Assembly: GCA_046759765.1 (NCBI GenBank)
Contig: JBHICV010000006.1
Location: forward strand, 1-37,729
Direction of reading: 5' to 3'
Source: Acidimicrobiia bacterium
GTDB lineage: Bacteria; Actinomycetota; Acidimicrobiia; Spongiisociales; CAZKJJ01
DNA length: 37,729 nucleotides
A model generated the notes under the pieces. It had not been told where the DNA came from and did no database searches. It saw only the letters and a program-made list of their open reading frames with translations. The position numbers and the translations under genes are program-made. This document shows positions 17,292-25,745 of this stretch, piece after piece; positions within the stretch are counted from its first letter, which is position 1; the number at the start of each line of letters is the position of its first letter.

Positions 17292-17855
17292 TCAGCCCGA
17301 GTCGGCCGCCGCTTTCTCCAGGCCGGCGGCGAAATCCTCAGCTGTCTCGGGGTCGTAGCCGACCAAGAGGACCTCACTGAGGGCGTCGGGGTGATCACTG
17401 CACCACGTCGCGATCTCGGAACAGATGACGGCAGTGGCCTCCGGCCGGGGGTATCCGAAGATGCCGGCCGATATGGCAGGAAAGGCCATCGAACGCGCTC
17501 CGTGTAATACCGCGGCATCCAGGGCCGCGGACACAGCCGAGCGAAGCTCGCCCTCGTTGTCCTGCCCATCGCGATATCGGGGTCCGACTGTGTGCACCAC
17601 CCAACGGGCCGGAAGGTCGCCCCCGGACGTGACCACCGAGGTACCGATGCTGATGGGGCCGCACGCTTCCACGTAGGCGTCCGACTCCTCCTGCAAGATC
17701 GGACCCGCCGCCTGCGAGAGAGCTCCCGCGACGCCCCCACCGTGGTGCAGCCATTCGTTGGCGGCATTTACAACCGCGTCGACCGGCTGCTTGCTCAGAT
17801 CGCCTTGAACCACCCGGACGGAGGTATTTCCTGCCTGAATGGACTCTGGAGCCAT
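17292..17855 (-). CDS. Macro-domain protein (MacroD/YmdB-like ADP-ribose hydrolase)
   Basis: GDL...VDAVVNAAN..L.HGGGVAGA, VVHTVGP and FPAISAGIFGYP. Confidence 0.92.
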   Translation of the reverse strand: MAPESIQAGNTSVRVVQGDLSKQPVDAVVNAANEWLHHGGGVAGALSQAAGPILQEESDAYVEACGPISIGTSVVTSGGDLPARWVVHTVGPRYRDGQDNEGELRSAVSAALDAAVLHGARSMAFPAISAGIFGYPRPEATAVICSEIATWCSDHPDALSEVLLVGYDPETAEDFAAGLEKAAADSG

Positions 17856-17881
17856 ACCGGCATGGTAGGTACAGTGAGAGC

Positions 17882-18436
17882 ATGTCAGCACTGCTGCTGG
17901 CGGCGCTCTTGTTCATCGACCTAGGCGCGACGTTCCAGAATGCAAGCGCCTTCGGAGACGCCCGGGGCGATGCCCAGCTGTTCATCGATATCCAGGTGGA
18001 GGTGCGAGAAGACTTCACGACCGTGGTTGCCCATTTCGTCGACCCGGGTGACGACCAGCAGACGGTGTCGCTGGCCCGAAGGGGGGAGGGAGCCTTCTAC
18101 GGCGGCCAGGCAGTCGTCGAGCGGGCAAACCTCATAGTGGTGTTCGAAGGTATTCGCGCCGACCGGACCAGCGAGTTGTCGGAGCCAACCGATCTTATCG
18201 CGCTTGGAGTCGATCCGGACCTCCTAGGGACTGCCGAAGCTCGGCCGATCCCTGAGGATGAGCGAGGGACGCCTGCCTGGGTGTGGCTGGCACTGGCGGT
18301 CGTGGCCGCGGTCCTATCCGGTCTCGCTCTTTGGGCCATGAAGGACTACACGGCCGAAGAGAAGACCCTGGCAGAGGAGGAGGCGGCTGTGGATGAAGCG
18401 GGTGAGCCGGCGGTTACCGAGCCTCCTCCGGACTAG
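17882..18436 (+). CDS. Hypothetical exported protein with a C-terminal membrane anchor
   Basis: Hydrophobic N-terminus, a TM helix WVWLALAVVAAVLSGLALW and an acidic tail. A TACAGT -10 box lies 6 nt upstream. Confidence 0.7.
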   Translation: MSALLLAALLFIDLGATFQNASAFGDARGDAQLFIDIQVEVREDFTTVVAHFVDPGDDQQTVSLARRGEGAFYGGQAVVERANLIVVFEGIRADRTSELSEPTDLIALGVDPDLLGTAEARPIPEDERGTPAWVWLALAVVAAVLSGLALWAMKDYTAEEKTLAEEEAAVDEAGEPAVTEPPPD

Positions 18437-19763
18437 CGCCCTCTCGGACCTGTGCCTCGGCCTTGGAATCTTCAATTCGCGCGGTCGTCAGCCTTCCTAG
18501 GGCGATTACGAACAGCACGAGGTAAACACCGGCGCTGACGAAGAAGGGCATCCGGATGGCGATCTTGCGGGTGGCCACCACCTCGGTGACCGAGACGATC
18601 ACGCCTCCCAGCAGGCCTCCAATGGGCATCATGCCCCATCCGAAGAACCGGTAAACGCTGTTGACCCTGCCCAGGAGGTGGTCGGGGATGATCGTCTGCC
18701 GGAGAGAGACTGTTATGACGTTCCACAGGACCGCCAGGAACGAACCGATCGCCATCGCCGCCCACACGACCGCGGCGCTCGAAGTCAGTCCGACGATCAG
18801 GCCGATGACGACGACGCCTCCGAGTGTGGTCAGCAGCGACGCTCCACTGCCAAGCCTGTGACTTATGCGGGCCGCCGCCAGGCTTCCCAGAACACCGCCG
18901 GCGGCCATAGCCGTCATCAAGATCCCGAATCCAGGGGCGTTGAGGTCGAGGATCTCCTGTGCGAAGAGCACGAAAGTAGCGAAGGCCAGCATCGTCATTG
19001 CGTTCATCACGCCGAGGAAGATGGCAAGCGTGCGCAGAAGGCTGTGTTTCCAGAGCCAACGAACTCCCTCCTTGATCTGGGCGAGCATCGAGCCCGGATC
19101 GGATTCCCGTCCCTCGGCAATGAAGGTTCCGGCTAGGAGTGCCATCAGCCCGGCGGCGATGGCGAAGGTCCCGGCGTCCACGAAGAAGGGGAGCGCGAAG
19201 GCGATCCCAATGAGGAAACCTCCTGCCGGCGTCCCGACGAAGGACTGCATCACCATCTCGGTGCCCCAGAGCCTCCCATTGGCCTTCTCCAGTAGCCGCG
19301 AGTCGACGATGGCCGGCATGAGCGTCTGCGAAGCATTGTCTCTGAGCACCTCGGCACATCCGAAGATCAGTGCCGTCGTGTACAAAAGCGCCAAATACCA
19401 GCCCGCGCTATCAGGTGGGCTTGCAGTTCCCGCGGCTATTTCCTCAGGGCCGGCGAAGTCGGACTGGCCGGCGAGCACGGCCAGAGCCACCAGCAGCGTG
19501 ATCAGGAGCTGGAGGATGTTCATCCATACGATCAGCCTCTGGCGATCGACACGATCCGTGATGGCCCCCGCCGGCAACGTGAAGAGGAACCAGGGCAGCC
19601 GAGTGGCAACCGCGATCAGCGCGATATGCAGAGGATCGCGCGTAATAGCCGACGCCAGCCACGGGTAGGCGACTGCGGTTAAGCCATCGCCGAAGTTGGA
19701 GATCGTCTGGGCCGAGAAGAGCCTCCAGTAGTTGGATCCGAGCCGGGGTTTAGTCGTGGTCAA
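18414..19763 (-). CDS. MFS transporter (MFS_3/DHA3-like)
   Basis: GAITDRVDRQR motif A, QT..P..LLGRVNS and about 12 hydrophobic segments. The start is TTG 19763 or ATG 19784. Confidence 0.9.
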   Translation of the reverse strand: MTTTKPRLGSNYWRLFSAQTISNFGDGLTAVAYPWLASAITRDPLHIALIAVATRLPWFLFTLPAGAITDRVDRQRLIVWMNILQLLITLLVALAVLAGQSDFAGPEEIAAGTASPPDSAGWYLALLYTTALIFGCAEVLRDNASQTLMPAIVDSRLLEKANGRLWGTEMVMQSFVGTPAGGFLIGIAFALPFFVDAGTFAIAAGLMALLAGTFIAEGRESDPGSMLAQIKEGVRWLWKHSLLRTLAIFLGVMNAMTMLAFATFVLFAQEILDLNAPGFGILMTAMAAGGVLGSLAAARISHRLGSGASLLTTLGGVVVIGLIVGLTSSAAVVWAAMAIGSFLAVLWNVITVSLRQTIIPDHLLGRVNSVYRFFGWGMMPIGGLLGGVIVSVTEVVATRKIAIRMPFFVSAGVYLVLFVIALGRLTTARIEDSKAEAQVREGASPEEAR

Positions 19764-19782
19764 GACCGGTAGCGTATCGCTC

Positions 19783-20310
19783 ATGCCCGAAGTCCGGCGA
19801 GCCGCGAAGGAAGACGCAGCCGCCATTTCCCAGGTCCATGTCCGGGCCTGGCAGGTCGCCTACCGAGGCTTCTTTCCGGATGAGTTCCTCGACGGGCTGA
19901 GCGACTCGGTCTCGGATCGCGTCTCCTGGCGACAGGGGAATCTTGGCCGGCCCGCCGATCGGTCGGCAACGCTCGTCGTTTCGGACACCGGCGGTCAAGT
20001 TGTCGGGTTTGTCGACACGTCCCCCACTCGCGATGACGACCTCGATTCGGCGGCGGTGGGTGAGGTCCTGGCGATATATGTGAGCCCTCGCCATTGGGGG
20101 CAGGGCTTTGGCAAGCTATTGCTCGAGGGAGCAGAAATCCAACTCCGAAAGGACGGATTTACGGAGGCAATGCTATGGGTGCTCACCGACAACCGCCGAG
20201 CCCGCCGGTTTTATGAAGCATTGGGCTGGCTCCACGACGGCGCGACCAAAGAGGACGAGTTCGGGGGGAATCCGATCACGGAAGTGCGCTACTTGAAGAA
20301 CCTCTCGTAA
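19783..20310 (+). CDS. GNAT-family N-acetyltransferase
   Basis: VHVRAWQ.AY.G, AIYV.P.HWGQGFGK.L and LWVL..N.RARRFYE..GW. Confidence 0.9.
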   Translation: MPEVRRAAKEDAAAISQVHVRAWQVAYRGFFPDEFLDGLSDSVSDRVSWRQGNLGRPADRSATLVVSDTGGQVVGFVDTSPTRDDDLDSAAVGEVLAIYVSPRHWGQGFGKLLLEGAEIQLRKDGFTEAMLWVLTDNRRARRFYEALGWLHDGATKEDEFGGNPITEVRYLKNLS

Positions 20311-21152
20311 AGACCAACTTTCGTCTGGCGGTTCCTGAGCAGAAGTACAAGCACGACTGCTCCTGCCGCCGCAGCTAGCGCCGCTCCGGAGACAATCGGA
20401 ACCGGTGTGGGCAGGGTCGCGAGGCGAGTTCTGAGAGTGACGGGCCGCTCGAATTCCATCGTCTGCCATTCGCGTTCCTGTGCCAGCTGCCGGAGTTCCC
20501 GGTCGGGGTTCACGGCCACCGGGTGACCGACCGCCTCCAGCATTGGGAGGTCGGTAGCCGAATCGGAGTACGCGTAGGAGTCGGCCAGCGGAATGTTGTG
20601 GCGCGCCGCGTACTCGATTACCGCCTGCGCCTTCTGTGGCCCGTAGGCGTAAAAGTCGATCTCGCCCGTATAGCGACCGTCGACGTCGACCTTCGAGCGG
20701 GTCGCAATCACCTCGTGCAGGCCAATGTGTCGAGCAAGCGGGCGTACCACCTCCTCAGGAGAGGAGGACACGATCACGACTCGATGGCCGGCCCGCCGGT
20801 GGTCGTCGATCACCGCCAGAGCCTCCGCGAAAACATGAGGAGCGATGACTTCATCGATGGTCTCCCGCACGAGCCGCTCGATCTCCAACCGATCCCAACC
20901 GCGCGTCAGCTCCTGCAGCTGCTCACGGAGACGCTCTATCTGCTCGTGGTCGGCGCCCACCATCATGAACACGACCTGACCGATCGCGGCGCGGAGAAGT
21001 GCACGACGATTCAGAAACCCCGCCCTGTACAAGGGTCGGCTGAAGGCGAGGGTCGACGACTTGGCGATGACGGTCTTGTCCAGATCGAAGAACGCCGCGG
21101 GCCTTCCCTGCTCGGGGCGGATGGAAGTGACAGTGGCTGTGGGAGTGGTCAC
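20289..21152 (-). CDS. HAD-IB hydrolase (Rv3661-like)
   Basis: AAFFDLDKTVIAKSS, IVSSS, K, YAYSDS.TDLPML and NPD. It is divergent from the ssd/tad locus, as in other actinobacteria. Confidence 0.9.
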   Translation of the reverse strand: MTTPTATVTSIRPEQGRPAAFFDLDKTVIAKSSTLAFSRPLYRAGFLNRRALLRAAIGQVVFMMVGADHEQIERLREQLQELTRGWDRLEIERLVRETIDEVIAPHVFAEALAVIDDHRRAGHRVVIVSSSPEEVVRPLARHIGLHEVIATRSKVDVDGRYTGEIDFYAYGPQKAQAVIEYAARHNIPLADSYAYSDSATDLPMLEAVGHPVAVNPDRELRQLAQEREWQTMEFERPVTLRTRLATLPTPVPIVSGAALAAAAGAVVLVLLLRNRQTKVGLYERFFK

Positions 21153-21238
21153 AAGCCGAGTCTATTGGTGACGGGCGCTTCTGAATAGAAGGGCTCGAAC
21201 CCCTCTTCATGCCACAACCACGACCCCGAAACAAGGGG

Positions 21239-21279
21239 TTGTAGCCGCGGCTGCGGGCACATACGTTCCGACCTGGAGG
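21239..21279 (+). promoter_or_regulatory. Putative promoter and RBS of the tad operon
   Basis: TTGTAG (21239-21244), 17 nt, TACGTT (21262-21267), then GGAGG before ATG 21284. Confidence 0.5.
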
Positions 21280-21283
21280 TGGA

Positions 21284-21826
21284 ATGCCCGCCCTTTCGAT
21301 CTCAGCGCCGGGCGATGCTCTTCTCGGAGTAGTGGCTCCCCTGGGACTCGCATGTGCAGCTGGAACCGCTCTCATGGTCGACGTCGATCAGTTCGGACCC
21401 CGGTTTCCCGGATCGGCTTCGTTGGCTGATCTCGTCGAAGCCGGTCCAAGGAAGGCTGACCTTGTGCCGCAGAGGCGAGGCGTAGCGATCCTTCGCAACG
21501 GCGGGATCGGGACTGACGAGGCGGGGCCGGTGCTGGAAGCGTTGATCGCAGGCTGGCCGGCCGTCGTGCTGCGGCTCGGTGAGAGGGCGGTCTCGTTCGG
21601 GAAGGTTCGGAACGTGGCCGTCCATCCGCTCCTACCGGGCCTTCTTCTTCCGCCCCTGGGCGATCCTGTCGTCTATCAGCGAACCTCTTGGCCAGTTGGC
21701 CCTCCGGGTCCCGGCAAGGTACTGCCACGGCCTTCGAGACAGGCCGTGGGACGCCTTCTGACAGGGCGGGAACCTGGGCCGTCGCGCTGGGTGTCGGCTT
21801 GGCGGGAGGTTTGGGAATGGGCGTGA
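21284..21826 (+). CDS. Degenerate Ssd/CpaE(TadZ)-like protein, first gene of the tad operon
   Basis: Occupies the ssd position. ALMVDVD..G and ..SLADL resemble MinD/ParA folds, but there is no Walker A motif. Confidence 0.55.
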   Translation: MPALSISAPGDALLGVVAPLGLACAAGTALMVDVDQFGPRFPGSASLADLVEAGPRKADLVPQRRGVAILRNGGIGTDEAGPVLEALIAGWPAVVLRLGERAVSFGKVRNVAVHPLLPGLLLPPLGDPVVYQRTSWPVGPPGPGKVLPRPSRQAVGRLLTGREPGPSRWVSAWREVWEWA

Positions 21827-22887
21827 CCTTGATCGAGCGTCTCGCTCAGCGAGTCGTGGAGTCCGATACTCCGCTCACTCGCGCGGATGTCGCCGCGGCC
21901 GTCGAACTGCTGCTGCCCATCGAAGCTCCACTGGCCCCGGACGGGATCGTCACCGATGTAGTCGATCGACTCGTCGGGCTCGGCCCGTTGGAATCGCTTC
22001 TCAGGGACGCCTGTGTCACCGACGTCCTCGTCAACAGCCCTGACGAGGTCTGGATCGAGCGGGATGGCCTCCTGGAGCCCACGGACGTCAGCTTTACAAA
22101 CTCTGGAGCGGTGGTGGCTGCCGTCGAACGGGCCATAGCTCCGTTAGGTCTGAGGCTCGATCTGGCGTCGCCTGCCGTCGACGCCCGACTCCCCGATGGA
22201 AGCCGACTTCATGCCTCGATCCCTCCGATATCGGTCGATGGGCCGGTGGTCGCCATTCGTAGGTTCACGCAGCAGGTCGCCAGCCTCGAGGAGTTCGTGA
22301 CCGCCGGGTCAGTGAGCCCGGAGGGAGCTCGCCTGCTGGCGGCGGCCGTCGAGGAGCGCCGCAACATTGTGGTCTCCGGCGCCACGGGTGCGGGTAAGAC
22401 CACCTTGCTCAACCTGTTGTCCACAGAAATACCGTCGACGGAACGTGTCGTGACCGTCGAGGATGCCGCCGAGCTACAGCTGACCGGGCACGTCGTGCGG
22501 CTCGAGGCTCGGCCACCGAATGTCGAAGGACGCGGAGAGATACCCCTTAGAGATCTGGTACGGCACGCGCTGAGACTGCGACCCGACCGCATCATCGTCG
22601 GTGAAGTTCGAGGACCAGAAGCTCTGGACATGATCGCTGGGCTATCAACGGGACATGCGGGCTCGATGAGCACCGTCCACGCCAGCAGCCCACCGGATGT
22701 CCTCTGGAGGCTCGAGACCCTGGCACTGTCCGGGACCGAGTCTCTACCGACCAAGGCAGTGCGCCGAATGCTTCGCTCGGCGATCGACCTCGTGGTCCAT
22801 CTAGAGAGAACCTCGGATGGGCGCCGGGTAGTCGGGGCGGTCGCGGAGATTGACGACCGCAGCGTTCGCGAGGTCTACCGGTGTTGA
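21817..22887 (+). CDS. tadA: Tad pilus assembly ATPase CpaF/TadA
   Basis: GLGPLE.LL.D..VTDVLVN, DARLPDGSR, SGATGAGKTT, EDAAEL, LRLRPDRIIVGEVRG and TGH. The start is 21817 or 21823. Confidence 0.93.
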   Translation: MGVTLIERLAQRVVESDTPLTRADVAAAVELLLPIEAPLAPDGIVTDVVDRLVGLGPLESLLRDACVTDVLVNSPDEVWIERDGLLEPTDVSFTNSGAVVAAVERAIAPLGLRLDLASPAVDARLPDGSRLHASIPPISVDGPVVAIRRFTQQVASLEEFVTAGSVSPEGARLLAAAVEERRNIVVSGATGAGKTTLLNLLSTEIPSTERVVTVEDAAELQLTGHVVRLEARPPNVEGRGEIPLRDLVRHALRLRPDRIIVGEVRGPEALDMIAGLSTGHAGSMSTVHASSPPDVLWRLETLALSGTESLPTKAVRRMLRSAIDLVVHLERTSDGRRVVGAVAEIDDRSVREVYRC

Positions 22888-24014
22888 CGGCTGCTCTCGT
22901 ATCAGCGGGCCTCGTGGTCGGCATGCCGGTTCTGCTGGCAGGGGCAATGGGAGCGGCGATCCTCGAGCCCAGAATCGCCTTAGCGCTGGGTGCCGCCGCC
23001 TATGTCGCCTCCCGTCACCGAGGCGAGCGCCAGCTCTCGAACGTTGAGGGGACGTTTCATCAGGCAGTAACGGCCGAGCTCCGATCCGGGGCTTCGCTCC
23101 GCTCGGCTCTTGCTCGCGCCACGGGGACGGTTCCCGCCCTCCGCCTCCAACGCCTGGAGCGAGCAGCCAACAGCGGCTTGCCGATCAACTACTTGCAGCA
23201 GGTCCTGTTGGCGCGCCTGCCGAACACAGGCCGAGCAACAGCCGCGGCGCTGGCGGTTCTCGAAGAGACGGGAGGTCATGCGATCCCAACCTTTGAAGGT
23301 TTGGCTCTGATCGCTCAGGACGTAACGAGTATCGAGCGTGATCGAAGAGTCTCCACGGCGCAGGTTCGAATGAGTGCAATGGTGATCGCGGGCCTTCCGC
23401 TCGGGTTCCTCACTTACTTGGTCCTTTCCGGCCGGTTCGGCCAAGTGGCCGAGCGGGCGCCGGTGATGCTGATGGCCGGCGGGGCGATGCTGGCGATCGG
23501 GGTTGCTTGGATGGGCTGGATGCTCAGGCCCTGGCGGCCGCGGACCTCGTCAGTACTTCAGTTCGGTGGTGGGCAGACGCCCGAAGCCGATCTCCTCCTT
23601 CCTCAGCTGGTGTTGGTAGGCCTGACCGCCGGCCTCTCCCTCGAGGCCGCCCTCCTTCACGCCGAAGAACGCTTGCCGTCCGCCGCGGCCCAAGAAGTCG
23701 ATCAGCTTCTGCGCCGGGCACGCCACTCCGGTATGGCGTCAGCCTTGAGTTCGAGCGGCGGCCCCTCGCAGTCTTTCCTGAGAGTTCTGGCCCGCTCCTA
23801 TGTGACCGGTGCCCCCATGGCAGCTGCGGTGGCCGTGTTCCTGAGCGAGAGCCAAGAGACCTATCGGACCGAAGCGCTGACCCGGGCTCGAAGGCTGTCC
23901 GTCAAGCTTCTCGTGCCACTCGCGCTTTTCATGCTTCCCGGTTTCGTCTTCCTGACCGTCGGGCCCGCATTCGTCGAATCAGCAACCAGGGTCCTCGGTC
24001 CTCTCTTCCCCTGA
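22881..24014 (+). CDS. Fused TadB-TadC (two T2SSF-like domains)
   Basis: The first half has ELRSGASLRSAL...TAQVRMSA.VIAGLP (TadB-like). The second half has GLTAGLSLEAAL...G.P....ARRLSVKLLVPL.LF.LPGF (TadC-like). Confidence 0.75.
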   Translation: MLTAALVSAGLVVGMPVLLAGAMGAAILEPRIALALGAAAYVASRHRGERQLSNVEGTFHQAVTAELRSGASLRSALARATGTVPALRLQRLERAANSGLPINYLQQVLLARLPNTGRATAAALAVLEETGGHAIPTFEGLALIAQDVTSIERDRRVSTAQVRMSAMVIAGLPLGFLTYLVLSGRFGQVAERAPVMLMAGGAMLAIGVAWMGWMLRPWRPRTSSVLQFGGGQTPEADLLLPQLVLVGLTAGLSLEAALLHAEERLPSAAAQEVDQLLRRARHSGMASALSSSGGPSQSFLRVLARSYVTGAPMAAAVAVFLSESQETYRTEALTRARRLSVKLLVPLALFMLPGFVFLTVGPAFVESATRVLGPLFP

Positions 24015-24063
24015 GGCGCTCCCCCCGCCGCCGGCCGGCCGCCGGCAGAGAGAAGGAGCTCTA

Positions 24064-24222
24064 ATGCACCAAGACGAAGGTCAGGGGACGGTCGAGTACG
24101 TCCTCGTGATTCTGGCTGCCACGGCCATCGCTCTACTGCTCGTCAACTGGATCAGCGGAACGGACCTCTTCGGGTCGCTGTTCAGCGGGATCCTCGGCAA
24201 GGTCATCGAGTTCATCAAGTGA
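24064..24222 (+). CDS. Flp/type IVc major pilin, 52 aa (DUF4244-like)
   Basis: Below the ORF-track cutoff. It reads MHQDEG/QGTVEYVLVILAATAIALLLVNW..., with a G-cleavage site, E+5/Y+6 and an AAGGAG RBS. Confidence 0.88.
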   Translation: MHQDEGQGTVEYVLVILAATAIALLLVNWISGTDLFGSLFSGILGKVIEFIK

Positions 24223-24617
24223 CCATCGCGGTTCTTAGGGGAAGCGGTTCGGCGGAGGGACAGAACGGATCCGCGGTGGTGGAGTTCGTTCTGGTCCTCC
24301 CCGTCCTCTTCCTAATCCTGCTCGCGCTCGTGGAAATCGCAGTCGTGGCCAGGACCCAGCTGGACCTGATTCACGCCTCCCGCGTGGCGGCGCGAGAGGC
24401 GGCTGCCACGCCGGAGGTAGCTCGTGCCGTCGAAGCCGCCGTGGCATCGCTGGGCAGGACTCTTTCCGAGAATGCTCGTATCAGTGTCCGCCGCCCCTCA
24501 GTCGTCGGCCGTCGTGCCGAGGTCGAGATAACCCTTCCGTATCGAGCCTTCTCCCCGCTGTTGGGAGGCATCTCCGTCGAGTTGAAGGCGAGGTCGGTGA
24601 TGCGCGTAGAGCGATGA
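24219..24617 (+). CDS. tadE: TadE-family minor pilin
   Basis: G/SAVVEFVLVLP and ASR.AAREAA. Confidence 0.85.
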   Translation: MTIAVLRGSGSAEGQNGSAVVEFVLVLPVLFLILLALVEIAVVARTQLDLIHASRVAAREAAATPEVARAVEAAVASLGRTLSENARISVRRPSVVGRRAEVEITLPYRAFSPLLGGISVELKARSVMRVER

Positions 24618-24988
24618 GCGACCAAGGATCCGTATCGGTCGCCGCGGCCGCAGCTGTCGGACTGGCGGTCGTGCTCGCGACGGGATTGGGAGTCGCCGGT
24701 CAGGTCCTGGCGGCATGGTCACAGGCGGCTGCTGCCGCCGATGCTGCCGCCCTTGCCGCGGCTCCGATCACCTTCCTGGGTGGCTCCCCAGAGAGGGAGG
24801 CCGCTCGCTTCGCGGCTGCCAACGGTGCCCGTCTACAAATGTGTACTTGTCCGGTGAATACGACCTTCGATCCGAGGACGGTCGAAGTGCTGGTCACAGT
24901 CCGCACGGTGCTTCCCGTGCTCGGTCCGATCGCGCTTCCCGCGAAGGGGAGAGCCGAGTTCGATCCCATGGGGGTCGTCATGGACTGA
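24614..24988 (+). CDS. TadE/TadG-like pilin (Rv3654c-like)
   Basis: DQGS followed by a hydrophobic helix, AAADAAALAAA and A..FAAANGA.L..C. Confidence 0.78.
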   Translation: MSDQGSVSVAAAAAVGLAVVLATGLGVAGQVLAAWSQAAAAADAAALAAAPITFLGGSPEREAARFAAANGARLQMCTCPVNTTFDPRTVEVLVTVRTVLPVLGPIALPAKGRAEFDPMGVVMD

Positions 24989-25079
24989 ACCAAACGGCGT
25001 AGTCTGCCGAAGGTACTTAGGAATGCGGCTCAGGCCTTTCTACGTATACATATAGGCAACGGCAAGCTACGGTTCACAT

Positions 25080-25745
25080 ATGAACGCCCAACGCGATGGG
25101 CGATCTCGCCTCTCCATTCGGATAGTCGCCGCAGTTGCGACTCTGGCCTTGGTATCCGCCGCCTGCTCGTCCAGTGAATCGGGGTCGATCACTTACCAGG
25201 ACCCGGACCGCCGGTCTCTCTTCGAATTGCCCGCCAGCTGGAACCTCTACGAGGGCGATCACCTCGCCGGCGTTACTGTGCCTTTCATCACCCAAGGCGC
25301 GGACTTTCAGCTCCCGGTTCTCTCGCAGGTGGCCTTCGACGGCGCGCCCAGCCGTGACTCCGACAACCTGACCGGATCGATCTCCACCGCTCAATTCCCC
25401 GTCGGCTCGGTCACGGTGAGAGAGATCGGCGTTGACGAGCGGGACTTCATATCCCGGTTCCTCTTGGCCGAGCTGGTGGTTCCCTACCACAGCCAGTTGG
25501 GATCGCAGGAGCTGCTCAAGCAAGACTTCTCCTTCGATGACGATTTCCGAGGAGTCCAGTTGGCGGTCGCCTACACCGACGCCGTCACCGAGCAGGAAGC
25601 TGCTGTCTACCTGATCTCGGTGACCGATCCGGGAGTAACCAAGATGTACTCCATCGCAGTCGGATGCTCACTTGACTGCTTCGGCAGGAATCAGACAGAG
25701 ATACTCGCCATAGTCGACTCCTACCTGGTGAACACTCGTGGCTGA
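25080..25745 (+). CDS. Hypothetical lipoprotein
   Basis: Lipobox LVSAA-C and a C-terminal CxxxC. It overlaps the next gene by 8 nt. Confidence 0.72.
   Translation: MNAQRDGRSRLSIRIVAAVATLALVSAACSSSESGSITYQDPDRRSLFELPASWNLYEGDHLAGVTVPFITQGADFQLPVLSQVAFDGAPSRDSDNLTGSISTAQFPVGSVTVREIGVDERDFISRFLLAELVVPYHSQLGSQELLKQDFSFDDDFRGVQLAVAYTDAVTEQEAAVYLISVTDPGVTKMYSIAVGCSLDCFGRNQTEILAIVDSYLVNTRG

Noticed and set aside
17292..17855. Macro domain as DarG antitoxin or Thoeris component
   Set aside because: It is a single-domain MacroD type with no darT, sirtuin or TIR neighbour.
20200..20310. Ms1-like RNA expected downstream of the Rv3661-like HAD gene
   Set aside because: There is no intergenic space, because the HAD 3' end overlaps the convergent GNAT gene.
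21153..21283. Riboswitch (e.g. c-di-GMP) upstream of the tad operon
   Set aside because: I could not recognise an aptamer consensus, and the hairpins lie upstream of the predicted TSS.
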